In this document: piece after piece, positions 8,515-18,094 of the stretch | Layout of the letters: every line of letters begins with the position of its first letter | Numbering within the stretch: position 1 is the stretch's first letter | Virus record (IMG/VR): IMGVR_UViG_2740892236_000001 | Coordinates: 1-29,722 of that record | DNA from: a virus | Taxonomy: Duplodnaviria > Heunggongvirae > Uroviricota > Caudoviricetes | DNA length: 29,722 bases | Reading direction: 5' to 3' (one strand) | Notes under the pieces: generated by a model | Databases searched by the model: none | What the model saw: only the letters and a program-made list of their open reading frames with translations | What the model was told of the DNA's origin: nothing | Made by a program: the position numbers and the translations under genes

Positions 8515-9348
8515 TCAGCAATTGGTCAGAGTGTCAGCGGGGGCGTTACCGCCTGTTGCACGCTGGCGGTAGTCCTGGCGGCTGTCTTCATGACTCAGCT
8601 TATCCACCAGTTCGTTAAAGGCGGCTTGTTGTGCCTGCAGGACAGTCTCCATCTCAGACAGGCGTTCTTCCTGCTCAGACAGGGATTTTTCGGTGCGCGC
8701 ACTCAGGTTCTGCTGCTCAGTGGCGACCAGTTCCACGGCCTTATGCACATCAGAGAACCGGGCGTCATCGGACTGCTCTTTTTTGGTGAACAGCGCCGTG
8801 ACACGGGCAAACAGGGACGGTTTGTCATCCTGGATTTCTTCCAGTTCGATCACCGTTTCCTCTGCAGCGGTAAAAAGATTGGCGGGATTCTGCTTGCGGT
8901 TTGCCAGCGGGTTATGGGCTGCACTGGCGCTGAATGTCAGCATTTCAGTGCCCAGACTGGCAGGGTCATCAGTGGCAGCCAGGCCGACCAGGTAGGCTTT
9001 GCCCGTATCAGCGAACTTCGGGCTAACTTCCATAGATGTGAATAATTTCTGGCCTTTTTTCACCAGTTCAACCAGGGACTCCGTTGGCTCAACGTCGGCA
9101 TACAGCGCCATCTTGCCTGCCAGCGGACCTTCCTTGATTTCTTCAGCAAACAGCGCCGTCACCTTGCCGTAGCGGTTAAAGGTGCTGTCCGGCAGATAAG
9201 ACTTGATGTGCTCAAGGTTAATCAGCGCGGTATACACCGCCGGGTTGTAGCTGGCTGCCATCTGTTCCAGCCATTCACGCTGGATTTCGCGTCCGTCGGT
9301 AGTGGCACCTTCCACCCCGATGCGAAAACGCTTTGCTTTCACTGTCAT
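8515..9348 (-). CDS. O: capsid scaffolding protein O
   Basis: 277-aa ORF; RFRIGVEGATTDGREI...LINLEH...YLVGLAATDDPASLGTE resembles P2 gpO. Confidence 0.9.
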   Translation of the reverse strand: MTVKAKRFRIGVEGATTDGREIQREWLEQMAASYNPAVYTALINLEHIKSYLPDSTFNRYGKVTALFAEEIKEGPLAGKMALYADVEPTESLVELVKKGQKLFTSMEVSPKFADTGKAYLVGLAATDDPASLGTEMLTFSASAAHNPLANRKQNPANLFTAAEETVIELEEIQDDKPSLFARVTALFTKKEQSDDARFSDVHKAVELVATEQQNLSARTEKSLSEQEERLSEMETVLQAQQAAFNELVDKLSHEDSRQDYRQRATGGNAPADTLTNC

Positions 9349-9426
9349 GAGCCGTGCTCCGTTAGAAAAAACTTACTGGAGCCTTATGGTTGCGGTGATG
9401 GGGGCAGTGAAACAATGCGCGGTATT

Positions 9427-9444
9427 TGTACCGATAACCACACA
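9427..9444. promoter_or_regulatory. TGT-N12-ACA element (TGTACCGATAACCACACA) in the O/P divergent intergenic region; candidate late-promoter activator site
   Basis: Read directly from the sequence. Lies ~80-95 bp upstream of the O start codon (9348, minus strand) and ~50 bp upstream of P. Confidence 0.35.
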
Positions 9445-9490
9445 AACCGCAGGCGGGGAAAGCCTTCATTCAAGGCTGTAGGTTTGTGCC

Positions 9491-11257
9491 ATGAACACCA
9501 CACTGACACCCGCAGATCTCGATCCCCGTCGGCAGGCCATGCTGCTCTACTTTCAGGGATACCGCGTAGCCCGCATTGCTGAAATGCTGGGCGAGAAAGT
9601 TGCAACCGTTCACAGCTGGAAAAAACGCGACAAGTGGAGTGAATATGGGCCGCTGGATCAGATGCAGCTCACCACCGCCGCACGCTACTGCCAGCTCATC
9701 ATGAAGGAGCACAAAGAAGGGAAAGATTTCAAAGAGATTGACCTGCTGGCGCGCCAGTCTGAGCGCCACGCGCGGATCGGCAAGTTTAACAATGGCGGCA
9801 ACGAAGCCGACTTAAACCCTAACGTCGCCAACCGCAACAAAGGCCCGCGCCGTCAGCCGGAAAAAAATGTCTTCACCGATGAACAGATTGAGAAGCTGGA
9901 AGAAATCTTCCATTCCTCCATGTTCAACTACCAGCGCCACTGGTGGGAAGCCGGAAAAACCAACCGCATCCGCAACCTGCTGAAGTCACGCCAGATCGGC
10001 GCGACCTTCTATTTTGCCCGTGAAGCCCTGATTGACGCCCTGCTTACCGGACGTAACCAGATTTTCCTTTCTGCCAGTAAGGCACAGGCCCACGTCTTCA
10101 AACAGTACATCATCGACTTTGCCAAAGAAGTGGAGGTGGAGCTGAAAGGCGATCCGATGGTGCTTCCCAACGGGGCCACACTGTATTTCCTCGGCACCAA
10201 TGCCCGCACTGCCCAGAGTTATCACGGCAACCTGTATCTGGATGAATATTTCTGGATACCGAAATTCCAGGAGCTGCGCAAAGTGGCTTCCGGTATGGCT
10301 ATTCACAAGAAATGGCGACAGACCTATTTTTCCACGCCATCCAGCCTGACACACAGTGCTTATCCGTTCTGGTCCGGTGCGCTGTTCAACCGAGGGCGCA
10401 ACAAAGCCGATAAGGTGGACATCGACCTGTCCCACAGCAATCTGGCCCCCGGCCTGCTGTGCGCAGACGGGCAATACCGCCAGATAGTCACCGTGGAAGA
10501 TGCGGTACGCGGCGGCTGTAACCTGTTCGACCTCGACCAGTTGCGCATGGAGTACAGCCCGGACGAATACCAGAACCTGCTGATGTGCGAGTTCGTTGAC
10601 GATCTCGCATCTGTGTTCCCGCTCAGCGAATTGCAGGCGTGCATGGTGGACAGCTGGGAAGTCTGGACCGACTTTCATGCACTGGCCCTGCGCCCGTTTG
10701 GCTGGCGCGAAGTGTGGATCGGTTATGACCCGGCAAAAGGTACGCAGAACGGCGACAGCGCCGGATGCGTGGTGGTGGCACCGCCAGCCGTGCCAGGCGG
10801 TAAGTTCCGCATTCTTGAGCGTCACCAGTGGCGCGGGATGGACTTCCGCGCCCAGGCTGACGCCATCAAAAAACTGACCGAACAGTACAACGTGACCTAT
10901 ATCGGTATCGACTCAACCGGCGTCGGTCACGGGGTTTACGAGAACGTGAAAGCGTTCTTTCCTGCCGTCCGGGAGTTTGTCTACAACCCCAACGTTAAAA
11001 ACGCCCTGGTACTCAAGGCCTACGACATTATCAGCCACCGCCGTCTGGAGTTTGACGCCGGACATACCGACATTGCGCAGTCATTCATGGCAATCCGTCG
11101 CGCCACCACCGCCAGTGGCAACCGCCCGACCTACGAAGCCAGCCGCAGCGAAGAAGCCAGCCATGCCGATCTGGCATGGGCAACCATGCACGCACTGTTT
11201 AACGAACCGCTGCAGGGCGAGTCCGCCAATACCAGCAATATTGTGGAGATTTTTTGA
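9491..11257 (+). CDS. P: terminase ATPase (large) subunit P
   Basis: 588-aa ORF (P2 gpP ~590 aa), divergent from O and followed by Q. Confidence 0.9.
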   Translation: MNTTLTPADLDPRRQAMLLYFQGYRVARIAEMLGEKVATVHSWKKRDKWSEYGPLDQMQLTTAARYCQLIMKEHKEGKDFKEIDLLARQSERHARIGKFNNGGNEADLNPNVANRNKGPRRQPEKNVFTDEQIEKLEEIFHSSMFNYQRHWWEAGKTNRIRNLLKSRQIGATFYFAREALIDALLTGRNQIFLSASKAQAHVFKQYIIDFAKEVEVELKGDPMVLPNGATLYFLGTNARTAQSYHGNLYLDEYFWIPKFQELRKVASGMAIHKKWRQTYFSTPSSLTHSAYPFWSGALFNRGRNKADKVDIDLSHSNLAPGLLCADGQYRQIVTVEDAVRGGCNLFDLDQLRMEYSPDEYQNLLMCEFVDDLASVFPLSELQACMVDSWEVWTDFHALALRPFGWREVWIGYDPAKGTQNGDSAGCVVVAPPAVPGGKFRILERHQWRGMDFRAQADAIKKLTEQYNVTYIGIDSTGVGHGVYENVKAFFPAVREFVYNPNVKNALVLKAYDIISHRRLEFDAGHTDIAQSFMAIRRATTASGNRPTYEASRSEEASHADLAWATMHALFNEPLQGESANTSNIVEIF

Positions 11258-12297
11258 TGAAAGAACATATCGCGCCAGGCGAAACCGTAACTGCAGAAGA
11301 AACTAAAAAACCCGTTGCGGAGGCTTTCAGCTTTGGTGATCCCATTCCTGTACTGGACCGCCGCGAACTGCTGGACTATGTGGAATGCGTACAGACAGAT
11401 CGCTGGTATGAGCCGCCCGTCAGCTTTGACGGACTGGCGCGCACCTTCCGCGCCGCTGTGCATCACAGCTCCCCCATCAGTGTTAAACGTGACATTATCA
11501 GCAGTACCTATATTCCGCATCGTCTTCTCAGTCAGCAGGCATTTACCCGTTTTGTGCAGGACTATCTGGTTTTTGGTAACGGCTACCTGGAGAAGCGCAC
11601 GAACCGTTTCGGTGAAGTTATTTCGCTGGAGCCTGCACTGGCAAAATACACCCGGCGCGGGCTTGACCTTGAAACATACTGGTTTGTGCAATACAGCCTG
11701 ACGACACAGCCGTATCAGTTCACAAAAGGTAACGTCTTCCACCTGATGGAGCCGGATATCAACCAGGAGATTTATGGTCTGCCAGGTTACCTTTCTGCCA
11801 TTCCATCCGCCCTGCTCAACGAGTCCGCCACGCTGTTCCGCCGGAAGTATTACATTAACGGCAGCCATGCGGGCTTCATCATGTACATGACCGACGCCGC
11901 GCAGAACCAGGAGGATGTGAACAACCTCCGCAACGCAATGAAAAGTGCCAAAGGTCCTGGTAACTTCCGTAACCTTTTTATGTACTCGCCTAACGGCAAA
12001 AAGGACGGGCTTCAGATCATCCCGTTGTCGGAAGTCGCGGCGAAGGATGAATTTCTGAACATCAAGAACGTGAGTCGGGACGACATGATGGCGGCACACC
12101 GCGTACCGCCGCAAATGATGGGAATCATTCCCAACAACACTGGCGGCTTCGGTGATGTGGAAAAGGCGAGCCGTGTTTTCGTCCGCAATGAGCTGATGCC
12201 ACTACAAAAGCGACTGCAGGAGCTTAACAACTGGCTGGGTGAAGAGGTGATCCGTTTTGAAACCTATGACTTAGGACTTAAGAGCAAACGAGGCTGA
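11254..12297 (+). CDS. Q: portal protein Q
   Basis: 347-aa ORF (P2 gpQ ~344 aa); start overlaps the P stop. Confidence 0.9.
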   Translation: MMKEHIAPGETVTAEETKKPVAEAFSFGDPIPVLDRRELLDYVECVQTDRWYEPPVSFDGLARTFRAAVHHSSPISVKRDIISSTYIPHRLLSQQAFTRFVQDYLVFGNGYLEKRTNRFGEVISLEPALAKYTRRGLDLETYWFVQYSLTTQPYQFTKGNVFHLMEPDINQEIYGLPGYLSAIPSALLNESATLFRRKYYINGSHAGFIMYMTDAAQNQEDVNNLRNAMKSAKGPGNFRNLFMYSPNGKKDGLQIIPLSEVAAKDEFLNIKNVSRDDMMAAHRVPPQMMGIIPNNTGGFGDVEKASRVFVRNELMPLQKRLQELNNWLGEEVIRFETYDLGLKSKRG

Positions 12298-12335
12298 CAT
12301 ACTCATAACATCAATAACCGACCAACTCTCACAAC

Positions 12336-12369
12336 GCCTCAGCAGCATTCTGCTGGGCGTTTCTTTTTG
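12336..12369 (+). terminator. rho-independent terminator after Q
   Basis: Hairpin CAGCAG-CATT-CTGCTG with flanking GC pairs, followed by TTTCTTTTT (12360-12369). Confidence 0.5.
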
Positions 12370-12454
12370 CCCTGACATCTCCCCCCCTCCACTAAATGAG
12401 GCCGCCAGCGGGCCAGAGGCTGTGCCGGATTTTGGCCATTTTACCCCGTTGCGC

Positions 12455-12480
12455 GCGCTCGTATCCCCGCCACGCCTGCC
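12455..12480. other. candidate cos (cohesive-end) site
   Basis: Minus-strand GGCGTGGCGGGGA (complement of 12465-12477) matches the start of the 186/P2-type 19-nt cohesive end as I recall it, and sits just downstream of Q as in P2/186. Recalled, not searched. Confidence 0.4.
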
Positions 12481-12520
12481 CGCTTTGTGTAGTGGTTTTC
12501 ATGCACCTGCATGAGATATG

Positions 12521-12545
12521 AAAAAGCCCGCCTGAACTGGCGGGC
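12521..12545 (-). terminator. rho-independent terminator for the hotspot operon
   Basis: Perfect 7-bp stem GCCCGCC / GGCGGGC with 6-nt loop; on the minus strand it is followed by TTTTT (A-run 12521-12525 on plus), ~50 bp downstream of the 280-aa gene stop. Confidence 0.55.
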
Positions 12546-12593
12546 CGGAGCTAAAACGATCCTCAAACGATCATGCAAATTCATGCAGCATAG

Positions 12594-13436
12594 TCATGCA
12601 CTACCCTGCTCTGCGTCGCCAGCAGTCTTTCTCCTGCGTGCGGATGGCTTTTTACCACCCAACTTGCGGCAGTCTTTCCGGTCACGCGCTTCGTTTTCTT
12701 TAAATTTGTTATACGTTTCAGTATCAAAAAACGAGATGGTTTCAACTTCGTCTTTAGGGAGCAGCACACGGAAATCCTGGATATTCAGGCGCGACATCCC
12801 ACTGATAACACCGCTTTCAAGATAGTGCTGATGATAGTTTGTCGTGATATTTATCGTTAGGTCGTCTTTATCACGATATCCGCTCAGCAAGGGGAGAATT
12901 TCAAGGTGTTCCGACAATCCATTTTCCAACGCAGGGCAAGTCACCAGCCCTACATAGATTTTGCGTGATGAAAGTGTAGCAATGATAGGAAACTGGCGAG
13001 CTGATGCTTCCATGAGCAGCGATTCAAAAGCATTGTTTCCCACTGCCTTTGCCAGTGCATCCCAACGGCGATCCCCCTTTGAAGTACGGCGTTTGTTTAG
13101 CCAACCGAACAGCGCCGCGAGAACTATTGAAATCACAACCCACGCGATTTGCTTAATTTCATTGATGCGCTGCGGTTTATCGGTTGTGGTGGATAACATC
13201 CCGTTAAAGCTGTCTGGAGTCAGATTCAGCGCATTAGAAAACCAGCGAAACCCACCGCTGATGTTAAGAGCGAAGGTAAGGAAGCCGCCAGCGAGGAAAA
13301 AGACAATTCCCCATGCAGCCACAAAAAAATAAGCGTCCCAGCCATTGGAACGCTTATATCTATAACGTGTTGAAAGTGATAGGTTTACATATATAAAACC
13401 ACTAACCAAAATCACTGCTAAAAGTAATGTTGCCAT
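12594..13436 (-). CDS. uncharacterised membrane protein (3 predicted N-terminal TM helices + ~160-aa soluble C-terminal domain); hotspot cargo
   Basis: 280-aa ORF; TM candidates LLLAVILVSGFIYVNL, YFFVAAWGIVFFLAGGFLTFAL, IAWVVISIVLAALFGWL. Start ATG overlaps the upstream gene stop (TAATG). Lower GC than neighbouring phage genes by eye. No recognisable catalytic motif. Confidence 0.7.
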   Translation of the reverse strand: MATLLLAVILVSGFIYVNLSLSTRYRYKRSNGWDAYFFVAAWGIVFFLAGGFLTFALNISGGFRWFSNALNLTPDSFNGMLSTTTDKPQRINEIKQIAWVVISIVLAALFGWLNKRRTSKGDRRWDALAKAVGNNAFESLLMEASARQFPIIATLSSRKIYVGLVTCPALENGLSEHLEILPLLSGYRDKDDLTINITTNYHQHYLESGVISGMSRLNIQDFRVLLPKDEVETISFFDTETYNKFKENEARDRKDCRKLGGKKPSARRRKTAGDAEQGSA

Positions 13437-13654
13437 TATCGGGTTCTGTAATAATATTTTGCTTTAACAGTGCTCGTTTTGATGCCTTCAAGCTTATCCA
13501 TCTGATCTCGGATGGCTTTCATAGCTTCTTCGTTGGACAAATCTACGGACACAAAACCATCTTTACTCAGATTGAGCTTGTCCTGGTTCTCTTTCAGAAC
13601 CCGTGCCAAACGTTCAACTGGATTACCCAGCTTCAATGCGGCGATACTTGACAT
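13436..13654 (-). CDS. small uncharacterised protein, first gene of the hotspot operon
   Basis: 72-aa ORF with a strong SD (AAGGAGG, complement of 13659-13665) 4 nt from the ATG; translationally coupled to the 280-aa gene. Confidence 0.7.
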   Translation of the reverse strand: MSSIAALKLGNPVERLARVLKENQDKLNLSKDGFVSVDLSNEEAMKAIRDQMDKLEGIKTSTVKAKYYYRTR

Positions 13655-13829
13655 AACCCCTCCTTCTTATACGGCGCGGAAGTGTACACTTCGTCACCAG
13701 CAACCACAACAGCAAGTTCCTTATAACTAAGACAACCGTTTTAACTGTTGGTTGCGTTACTTAACTTAAGTTCATTGCCCCTAATCGCGCAAGATGTTTC
13801 TGCCTTAAACCACTGCATTTAGCATATAT

Positions 13830-13855
13830 AGTGCCTCTTATGAGAAGCAGGCACT
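13830..13855. promoter_or_regulatory. perfect inverted repeat AGTGCCT-N12-AGGCACT upstream of the hotspot operon
   Basis: Read directly from the sequence. On the minus strand it abuts a TATATAT -10-like stretch (complement of 13823-13829). Confidence 0.3.
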
Positions 13856-13940
13856 AACAAAGGCAATTTCTAACGCCTCGCACGGCTCGTTGTTCAACCT
13901 TGCGGACGGTAAAAGCCAGTTTTATCGTCCGCAACGTTCG

Positions 13941-14174
13941 CTAATGCAGCCAGCTGTCGTCTTCCCACACCTTCTGCATAATTTTCATCACTTGTTTTCT
14001 TTCTTCGTCCAGTTGCAGTCCGGTCAGTTCCACACCGTTATAGCTACCTTTGCGGATACGAATTACCGTTTTTGGATACAGGGGGCGCAGATTGCGGTAA
14101 AGCTCGGATTCAAGGGCGTCCAGGGTAGACTGGCTAATCTTCTGCTCTTTATCGATCATTATTTCAATGCGCAT
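13941..14174 (-). CDS. DinI-family protein (Tum-like SOS module)
   Basis: From the internal Met: MRIEIMIDKEQKISQSTLDALESELYRNLRPLYP...WEDDSWLH, aligning with E. coli DinI as recalled (MRIEVTIAK...DALAGELSRR...WESADDW). SD GAGGTG upstream of the ATG at 14172-14174. The 101-aa ORF in the track is probably an N-terminal overcall. Confidence 0.75.
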   Translation of the reverse strand: MRIEIMIDKEQKISQSTLDALESELYRNLRPLYPKTVIRIRKGSYNGVELTGLQLDEERKQVMKIMQKVWEDDSWLH

Positions 14175-14184
14175 AAAAGTCACC

Positions 14185-14373
14185 TCAGCTGATGACATCC
14201 ATTGAGCGGTTGTATTCGTGGCTTCTGATTTTTGCCATGAGTTCATCAGTCAATTCAGAAACCCACTGCAGAGCCAGCCCCTTCTCTTCATCACTACACT
14301 CACTAGCCGCTACAAGCTTAAGAAAAAAATCAATGCGCTGGAGCTTCAAAGACTCCAAAAAATAGTCCTGCAT
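14185..14373 (-). CDS. small protein (62 aa), first gene of the SOS-box operon
   Basis: Internal ATG at 14371-14373 is preceded by AGGAGGA. The 96-aa ORF in the track extends upstream across the LexA box and is probably an overcall. Confidence 0.55.
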   Translation of the reverse strand: MQDYFLESLKLQRIDFFLKLVAASECSDEEKGLALQWVSELTDELMAKIRSHEYNRSMDVIS

Positions 14374-14416
14374 CTTTCCTCCTATGACACCACAAGCAAT
14401 ACTGTATACATAACCA

Positions 14417-14432
14417 CTGTTTATATTTACAG
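14417..14432. promoter_or_regulatory. LexA box (SOS operator) CTGTTTATATTTACAG
   Basis: Perfect CTGT-N8-ACAG match to the E. coli LexA consensus, ~45 bp upstream of the 62-aa gene start and next to a TTTACA -35-like element on the minus strand. Confidence 0.6.
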
Positions 14433-14526
14433 CATATAATAATCTTACTGATGTAAAACGTTTTTTTACGTTCATCAGCCTGATATGCCTGGTATTATTA
14501 AGAGCACGAATTGTTAACCCGCGTAA

Positions 14527-16941
14527 TTAATACAAGTTTCGCCACTTATCATCTTCCTGCAAACGCTGGTTCCGATAGAAGATACGCAGGCCTGCTCCTG
14601 ACGGAATACTGCCGCCGCGAAGGAGTAAATCGACCTCTTTCTCGCTGCCATCAAATCCTCTGGACTTCAGTTCGTAGACGAGCTGCTGTCGCTGATGGTC
14701 TGTAATTCGCTGTTTGTAGTCTTTACGCCGTTTCGGTTTCACCAGGCGTAACCTTGCAGCCAGTTCCCGGCGCTCTTTTTTGCTCATACTGTGCAGGTAA
14801 TCGTGCAACTCCTTGTCATCCATGCGGGTAATGTCCGTCCTGGTATCCCCATCAGCTGATTTGTCTTTCCCTTGTTGGTTCAAATTTTCAGCAAGGGGAC
14901 AGTTATTGCCACGAGTCCAAGGGGCGCAAGCGCCCTGGTCGGCTGCCGCCTCCTGAACGTCAACGGCCTTACGAACCATTTTCCACTTCACCGCATGAGT
15001 GCAGATCTTGCCCTCTGCAATGGGTGACCAGATGCCATAAATACGAATACCGTGATCGCCATATGCGGTCGGTTCTTCGTTGATTTCATAAGCAGTTCTG
15101 ATGAGGTGATATTTGCGGGGAACCAGTACGCCGCCCTGCTTCATGATGTAGGTGGCAAAACAACCAGCATCAGCAGCAGCCAGGATTGCATCAAGGCGCG
15201 GGTTATCCAGTACCGGCGCACCTGCTTTTTTGTCCCCCTGTTGCCTTGCCGCCTGACCAGCCAGCAATCGCAGTTCACGGTAAGCCTGACGCCCCGGAAT
15301 GCCAAAGAAGCGGAATTGCTGAACACGATGCAGAGACGCCCAGGCATTAACGTATTCAGCGTTATCACGCAGGGATTTACCCGTTTCCTTGCTGATCTCG
15401 CCAGCCAGACCACGCCCGTCAATGTTCTTACTGATGTATTTCGCGATGTAGCTTGTTGGCGTACCTTTGCGCGGGTTTATCAGCTCAGACTTAAAGCGTG
15501 GCCCCGTGTTATTGCCCAGCTCCTCGCGGTCTTCACGGATGGCAAACTTACGCAACAATGCAGTAATGGCGCGGCGGTCTTTTTTACGCATGAAACACAA
15601 CAGGTGCCAGTGAACTGTGCCGTCATGATGCGGCTCAGCCACCCGCACGCCATACCAGCGCAACCCGGCTTTGTGCATAGCCTTACGAAATGCAGCAAAC
15701 ATGCCGACCAGATAATCGCTGCTTTGTCTTACTGTCGCGTTGGTCCAGGTCGGGTTTGGCCTGCCGTTATTTAGCGTGGAATGGAAACGTGACGGACAGG
15801 TGATGGTGTAGAAAACGGCGCAGTCACCACGCATTTCCGCGATAAGCTCCAGGCCTTTAACACAGGCCATCATCTCATTGCGGCGATGCGCCGGGTTGCT
15901 GCTGCTGGCGTTTACCACATCCTCCATGTTCAGCGTGTCGCCGTCTTCGTTCACCAGTTCATGAGAACGGAAAAACTCCAGCGACTTACGGCGCTGCTCA
16001 CGTTTATGCATCACGGCTTCATAGCTGACATAGGGAGATGCTTTTTTGCTGACCAGGCAGACAGCACGCAACTGCTCTTCCCGCCATTCGCAACGCATCT
16101 TCCATAATTTCCGATACCACCAGTCGGCGCACAGCATACGCGCCAGCGAACCCGGAATGAGTTCATAGGGCACAGGTTTGCGGCGGTTTCTTTTCCGGCG
16201 GAGTTGCTCAAACGCAGGCGGTATGACATCCAGTCGCAGGGTTTCTGCAGCCACCTTTTCCCATGTCTTGCGGATTTCTTCTGGCTTAACATCATCGGAG
16301 GCGTACAAATCACCACAAGCGGCATCAAGACACATGCTCATATGCGCAGCGACAAGGGTAGACAGGCGTTTCACCTGATCCTGACTCATTTCAGGCAGGA
16401 TCAGCAGACCGTCCAGCCCTTCATGGCTTGCCATAAAACGAAAAGATGCAGATAGCTGGCTGTCGCGTACATGCTCCAGTCGTTCCAGACATGGCTTAAT
16501 CGTCTCACGCAAATAGCGGGAATAAGCCTTTGGCCTGCCCAGGCTGCTGAAATATTCAATACGTTGCATCAGCGGCTTGCTGATATGGGAAGGCTGGGCG
16601 TTGACGTCGGCCAGAATGACCATGTCCGGATTAAAACGCTGCTGCTCATGCGCCATCTTTGCCCGGCTAATGAGCTTATCCTGCTCCATTTCGCGTTGGA
16701 CAGGATCACGGGATTCATTAAAGAAATAACGCTCCCAGACCTGATCACTCAGTGCCTCGCGGCGCAGTTGTTCCTGCTCGTTATCAGTAGCGTACAGAGT
16801 GATCAGGTTTGAAAGCGCAGAAACCGGCGCAACTTCCGCCGGGTCCAGATAAGGGTTAATGGCCTTTTTCGGGCTGTTCCATGAGAACGATGCGGCAGCT
16901 TCGTTAAAGCCGCAGCAGTTGTTCATATCGGCATGACTCAT
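14527..16941 (-). CDS. A: replication initiation protein A (rolling-circle HUH endonuclease)
   Basis: 804-aa ORF with HUH-like motif ([10 protein letters not shown]) and paired tyrosines (YIAKYISK) as in P2 gpA. Start overlaps the dam stop. Confidence 0.85.
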   Translation of the reverse strand: MSHADMNNCCGFNEAAASFSWNSPKKAINPYLDPAEVAPVSALSNLITLYATDNEQEQLRREALSDQVWERYFFNESRDPVQREMEQDKLISRAKMAHEQQRFNPDMVILADVNAQPSHISKPLMQRIEYFSSLGRPKAYSRYLRETIKPCLERLEHVRDSQLSASFRFMASHEGLDGLLILPEMSQDQVKRLSTLVAAHMSMCLDAACGDLYASDDVKPEEIRKTWEKVAAETLRLDVIPPAFEQLRRKRNRRKPVPYELIPGSLARMLCADWWYRKLWKMRCEWREEQLRAVCLVSKKASPYVSYEAVMHKREQRRKSLEFFRSHELVNEDGDTLNMEDVVNASSSNPAHRRNEMMACVKGLELIAEMRGDCAVFYTITCPSRFHSTLNNGRPNPTWTNATVRQSSDYLVGMFAAFRKAMHKAGLRWYGVRVAEPHHDGTVHWHLLCFMRKKDRRAITALLRKFAIREDREELGNNTGPRFKSELINPRKGTPTSYIAKYISKNIDGRGLAGEISKETGKSLRDNAEYVNAWASLHRVQQFRFFGIPGRQAYRELRLLAGQAARQQGDKKAGAPVLDNPRLDAILAAADAGCFATYIMKQGGVLVPRKYHLIRTAYEINEEPTAYGDHGIRIYGIWSPIAEGKICTHAVKWKMVRKAVDVQEAAADQGACAPWTRGNNCPLAENLNQQGKDKSADGDTRTDITRMDDKELHDYLHSMSKKERRELAARLRLVKPKRRKDYKQRITDHQRQQLVYELKSRGFDGSEKEVDLLLRGGSIPSGAGLRIFYRNQRLQEDDKWRNLY

Positions 16942-17795
16942 GCACGTACTCCGTACACGGCAGAACTATCCACGCCACGCGAATAATCAAATCCCACCCA
17001 GCAGCGCGGCCCGGAAACAGCAATGATTTCTGTTGCTGATTTACCCTCGCCAGCTGCCACACCGATGCTGCGTTTTGCCTTGATGTAGTGGTGAGTAAAA
17101 TTGCGATACAGCGAACGGATCAGGGATGTGTCACTGTTAGAAACAATGACCGGATGTCCTTCTGATGACCGATGTTCAAGAACGGATGCCAGGTGATACT
17201 GGTCATCTTCAGTGAAGCCGTCAGTGTGATAACCGGAAAACGTGCCGTCATACGGCGGATCGCAATACACCACATCCCCCGCCTTCAACATCGCCAGCGT
17301 TTCATCAAAGCTGGCGCAGATAAACGTTGCCCGCTGGGCTTTTTCTGCAAATGCGCGAATTTCTTTTTCTGGGAAATACGGATTTTTATAATTACCGTAG
17401 GGAATGTTGAAATGCCCGCTCTTGTTATAGCGACATAAACCACGGTAACCGTGACGATTGAGATACAGGAAATATACCGCTTTCATGAAATCAGTAATTT
17501 CAGTTGAGTAATTAAACTCCTGCCTTATGTTGTAATAAGCCACCTCCCTGTTTGCTTCCTTAAATAAAACTCTGGCGCGAGATATAAACGATTCACAATC
17601 AGCGGCAACCTTTTTATAGAGGTTGATTAAATCAGGATTAATATCCGCAACCAGATAGCTTGGATAATCCGTCTCCATCATCACAGCACAGGAACCCGCG
17701 AAAGGTTCAACCAGTCGCGGGCCAGCAGGAAGGTGTTTTTTCAGTTCGGACATAATGGCAGTTTTATTACCCGCCCATTTCAGGATGGTGCTCAT
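16938..17795 (-). CDS. dam: DNA adenine methyltransferase (Dam family)
   Basis: Start at internal Met [11 protein letters not shown] with SD GCAGGAGG; contains FAGSCAV and DPPY motifs typical of Dam/N6-adenine methyltransferases. The longer ORF to 17867 is probably an overcall. Confidence 0.85.
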   Translation of the reverse strand: MSTILKWAGNKTAIMSELKKHLPAGPRLVEPFAGSCAVMMETDYPSYLVADINPDLINLYKKVAADCESFISRARVLFKEANREVAYYNIRQEFNYSTEITDFMKAVYFLYLNRHGYRGLCRYNKSGHFNIPYGNYKNPYFPEKEIRAFAEKAQRATFICASFDETLAMLKAGDVVYCDPPYDGTFSGYHTDGFTEDDQYHLASVLEHRSSEGHPVIVSNSDTSLIRSLYRNFTHHYIKAKRSIGVAAGEGKSATEIIAVSGPRCWVGFDYSRGVDSSAVYGVRA

Positions 17796-18094
17796 ACAGC
17801 ACCTCCTGCAATAACATATCCTAAAGCTTCTAATGGGGTTAATGAGCGAATTGATAGCATCACCCATTGTTCTGAAACTGCCATGACGTCATTAACCGGA
17901 AGCACATGAGAGATAACCGCGGCCCATTCCCTACCCGTAAATACGCCATGCTTCCATTCGCAAAGAGAAAGAACATCACCAACTTTATAGCCACGATCGT
18001 CTTTACGAAGTTCAGCCGTCTTTTGACCTGCAACCACAGCATTGAAATACTTAGGTGCAATTTTTAATTGATGGATACGCACAGCCCCTGTCAT
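17792..18094 (-). CDS. small phage protein, possibly ASCH/DUF3850-like
   Basis: ~100 aa from Met [42 protein letters not shown]; SD ACGGAGG; stop overlaps the dam start (ATGA). Family assignment is tentative. Confidence 0.55.
   Translation of the reverse strand: MTGAVRIHQLKIAPKYFNAVVAGQKTAELRKDDRGYKVGDVLSLCEWKHGVFTGREWAAVISHVLPVNDVMAVSEQWVMLSIRSLTPLEALGYVIAGGAV

Noticed and set aside
9485-9502. Second TGT-N12-ACA match (TGTGCCATGAACACCACA)
   Set aside because: It overlaps the start codon of P and so cannot sit upstream of a promoter for P; probably a chance match.
9986-10825. 279-aa minus-strand ORF
   Set aside because: Lies entirely antisense within the terminase P gene; no SD; low-complexity translation.
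11131-12114. 327-aa minus-strand ORF
   Set aside because: Antisense to portal gene Q and the end of P, which have clear family matches and operon context.
12511-12825. 104-aa plus-strand ORF
   Set aside because: Antisense to the 3' end of the 280-aa hotspot gene and spans the terminator hairpin.
15052-15774. 240-aa plus-strand ORF
   Set aside because: Antisense inside replication gene A.
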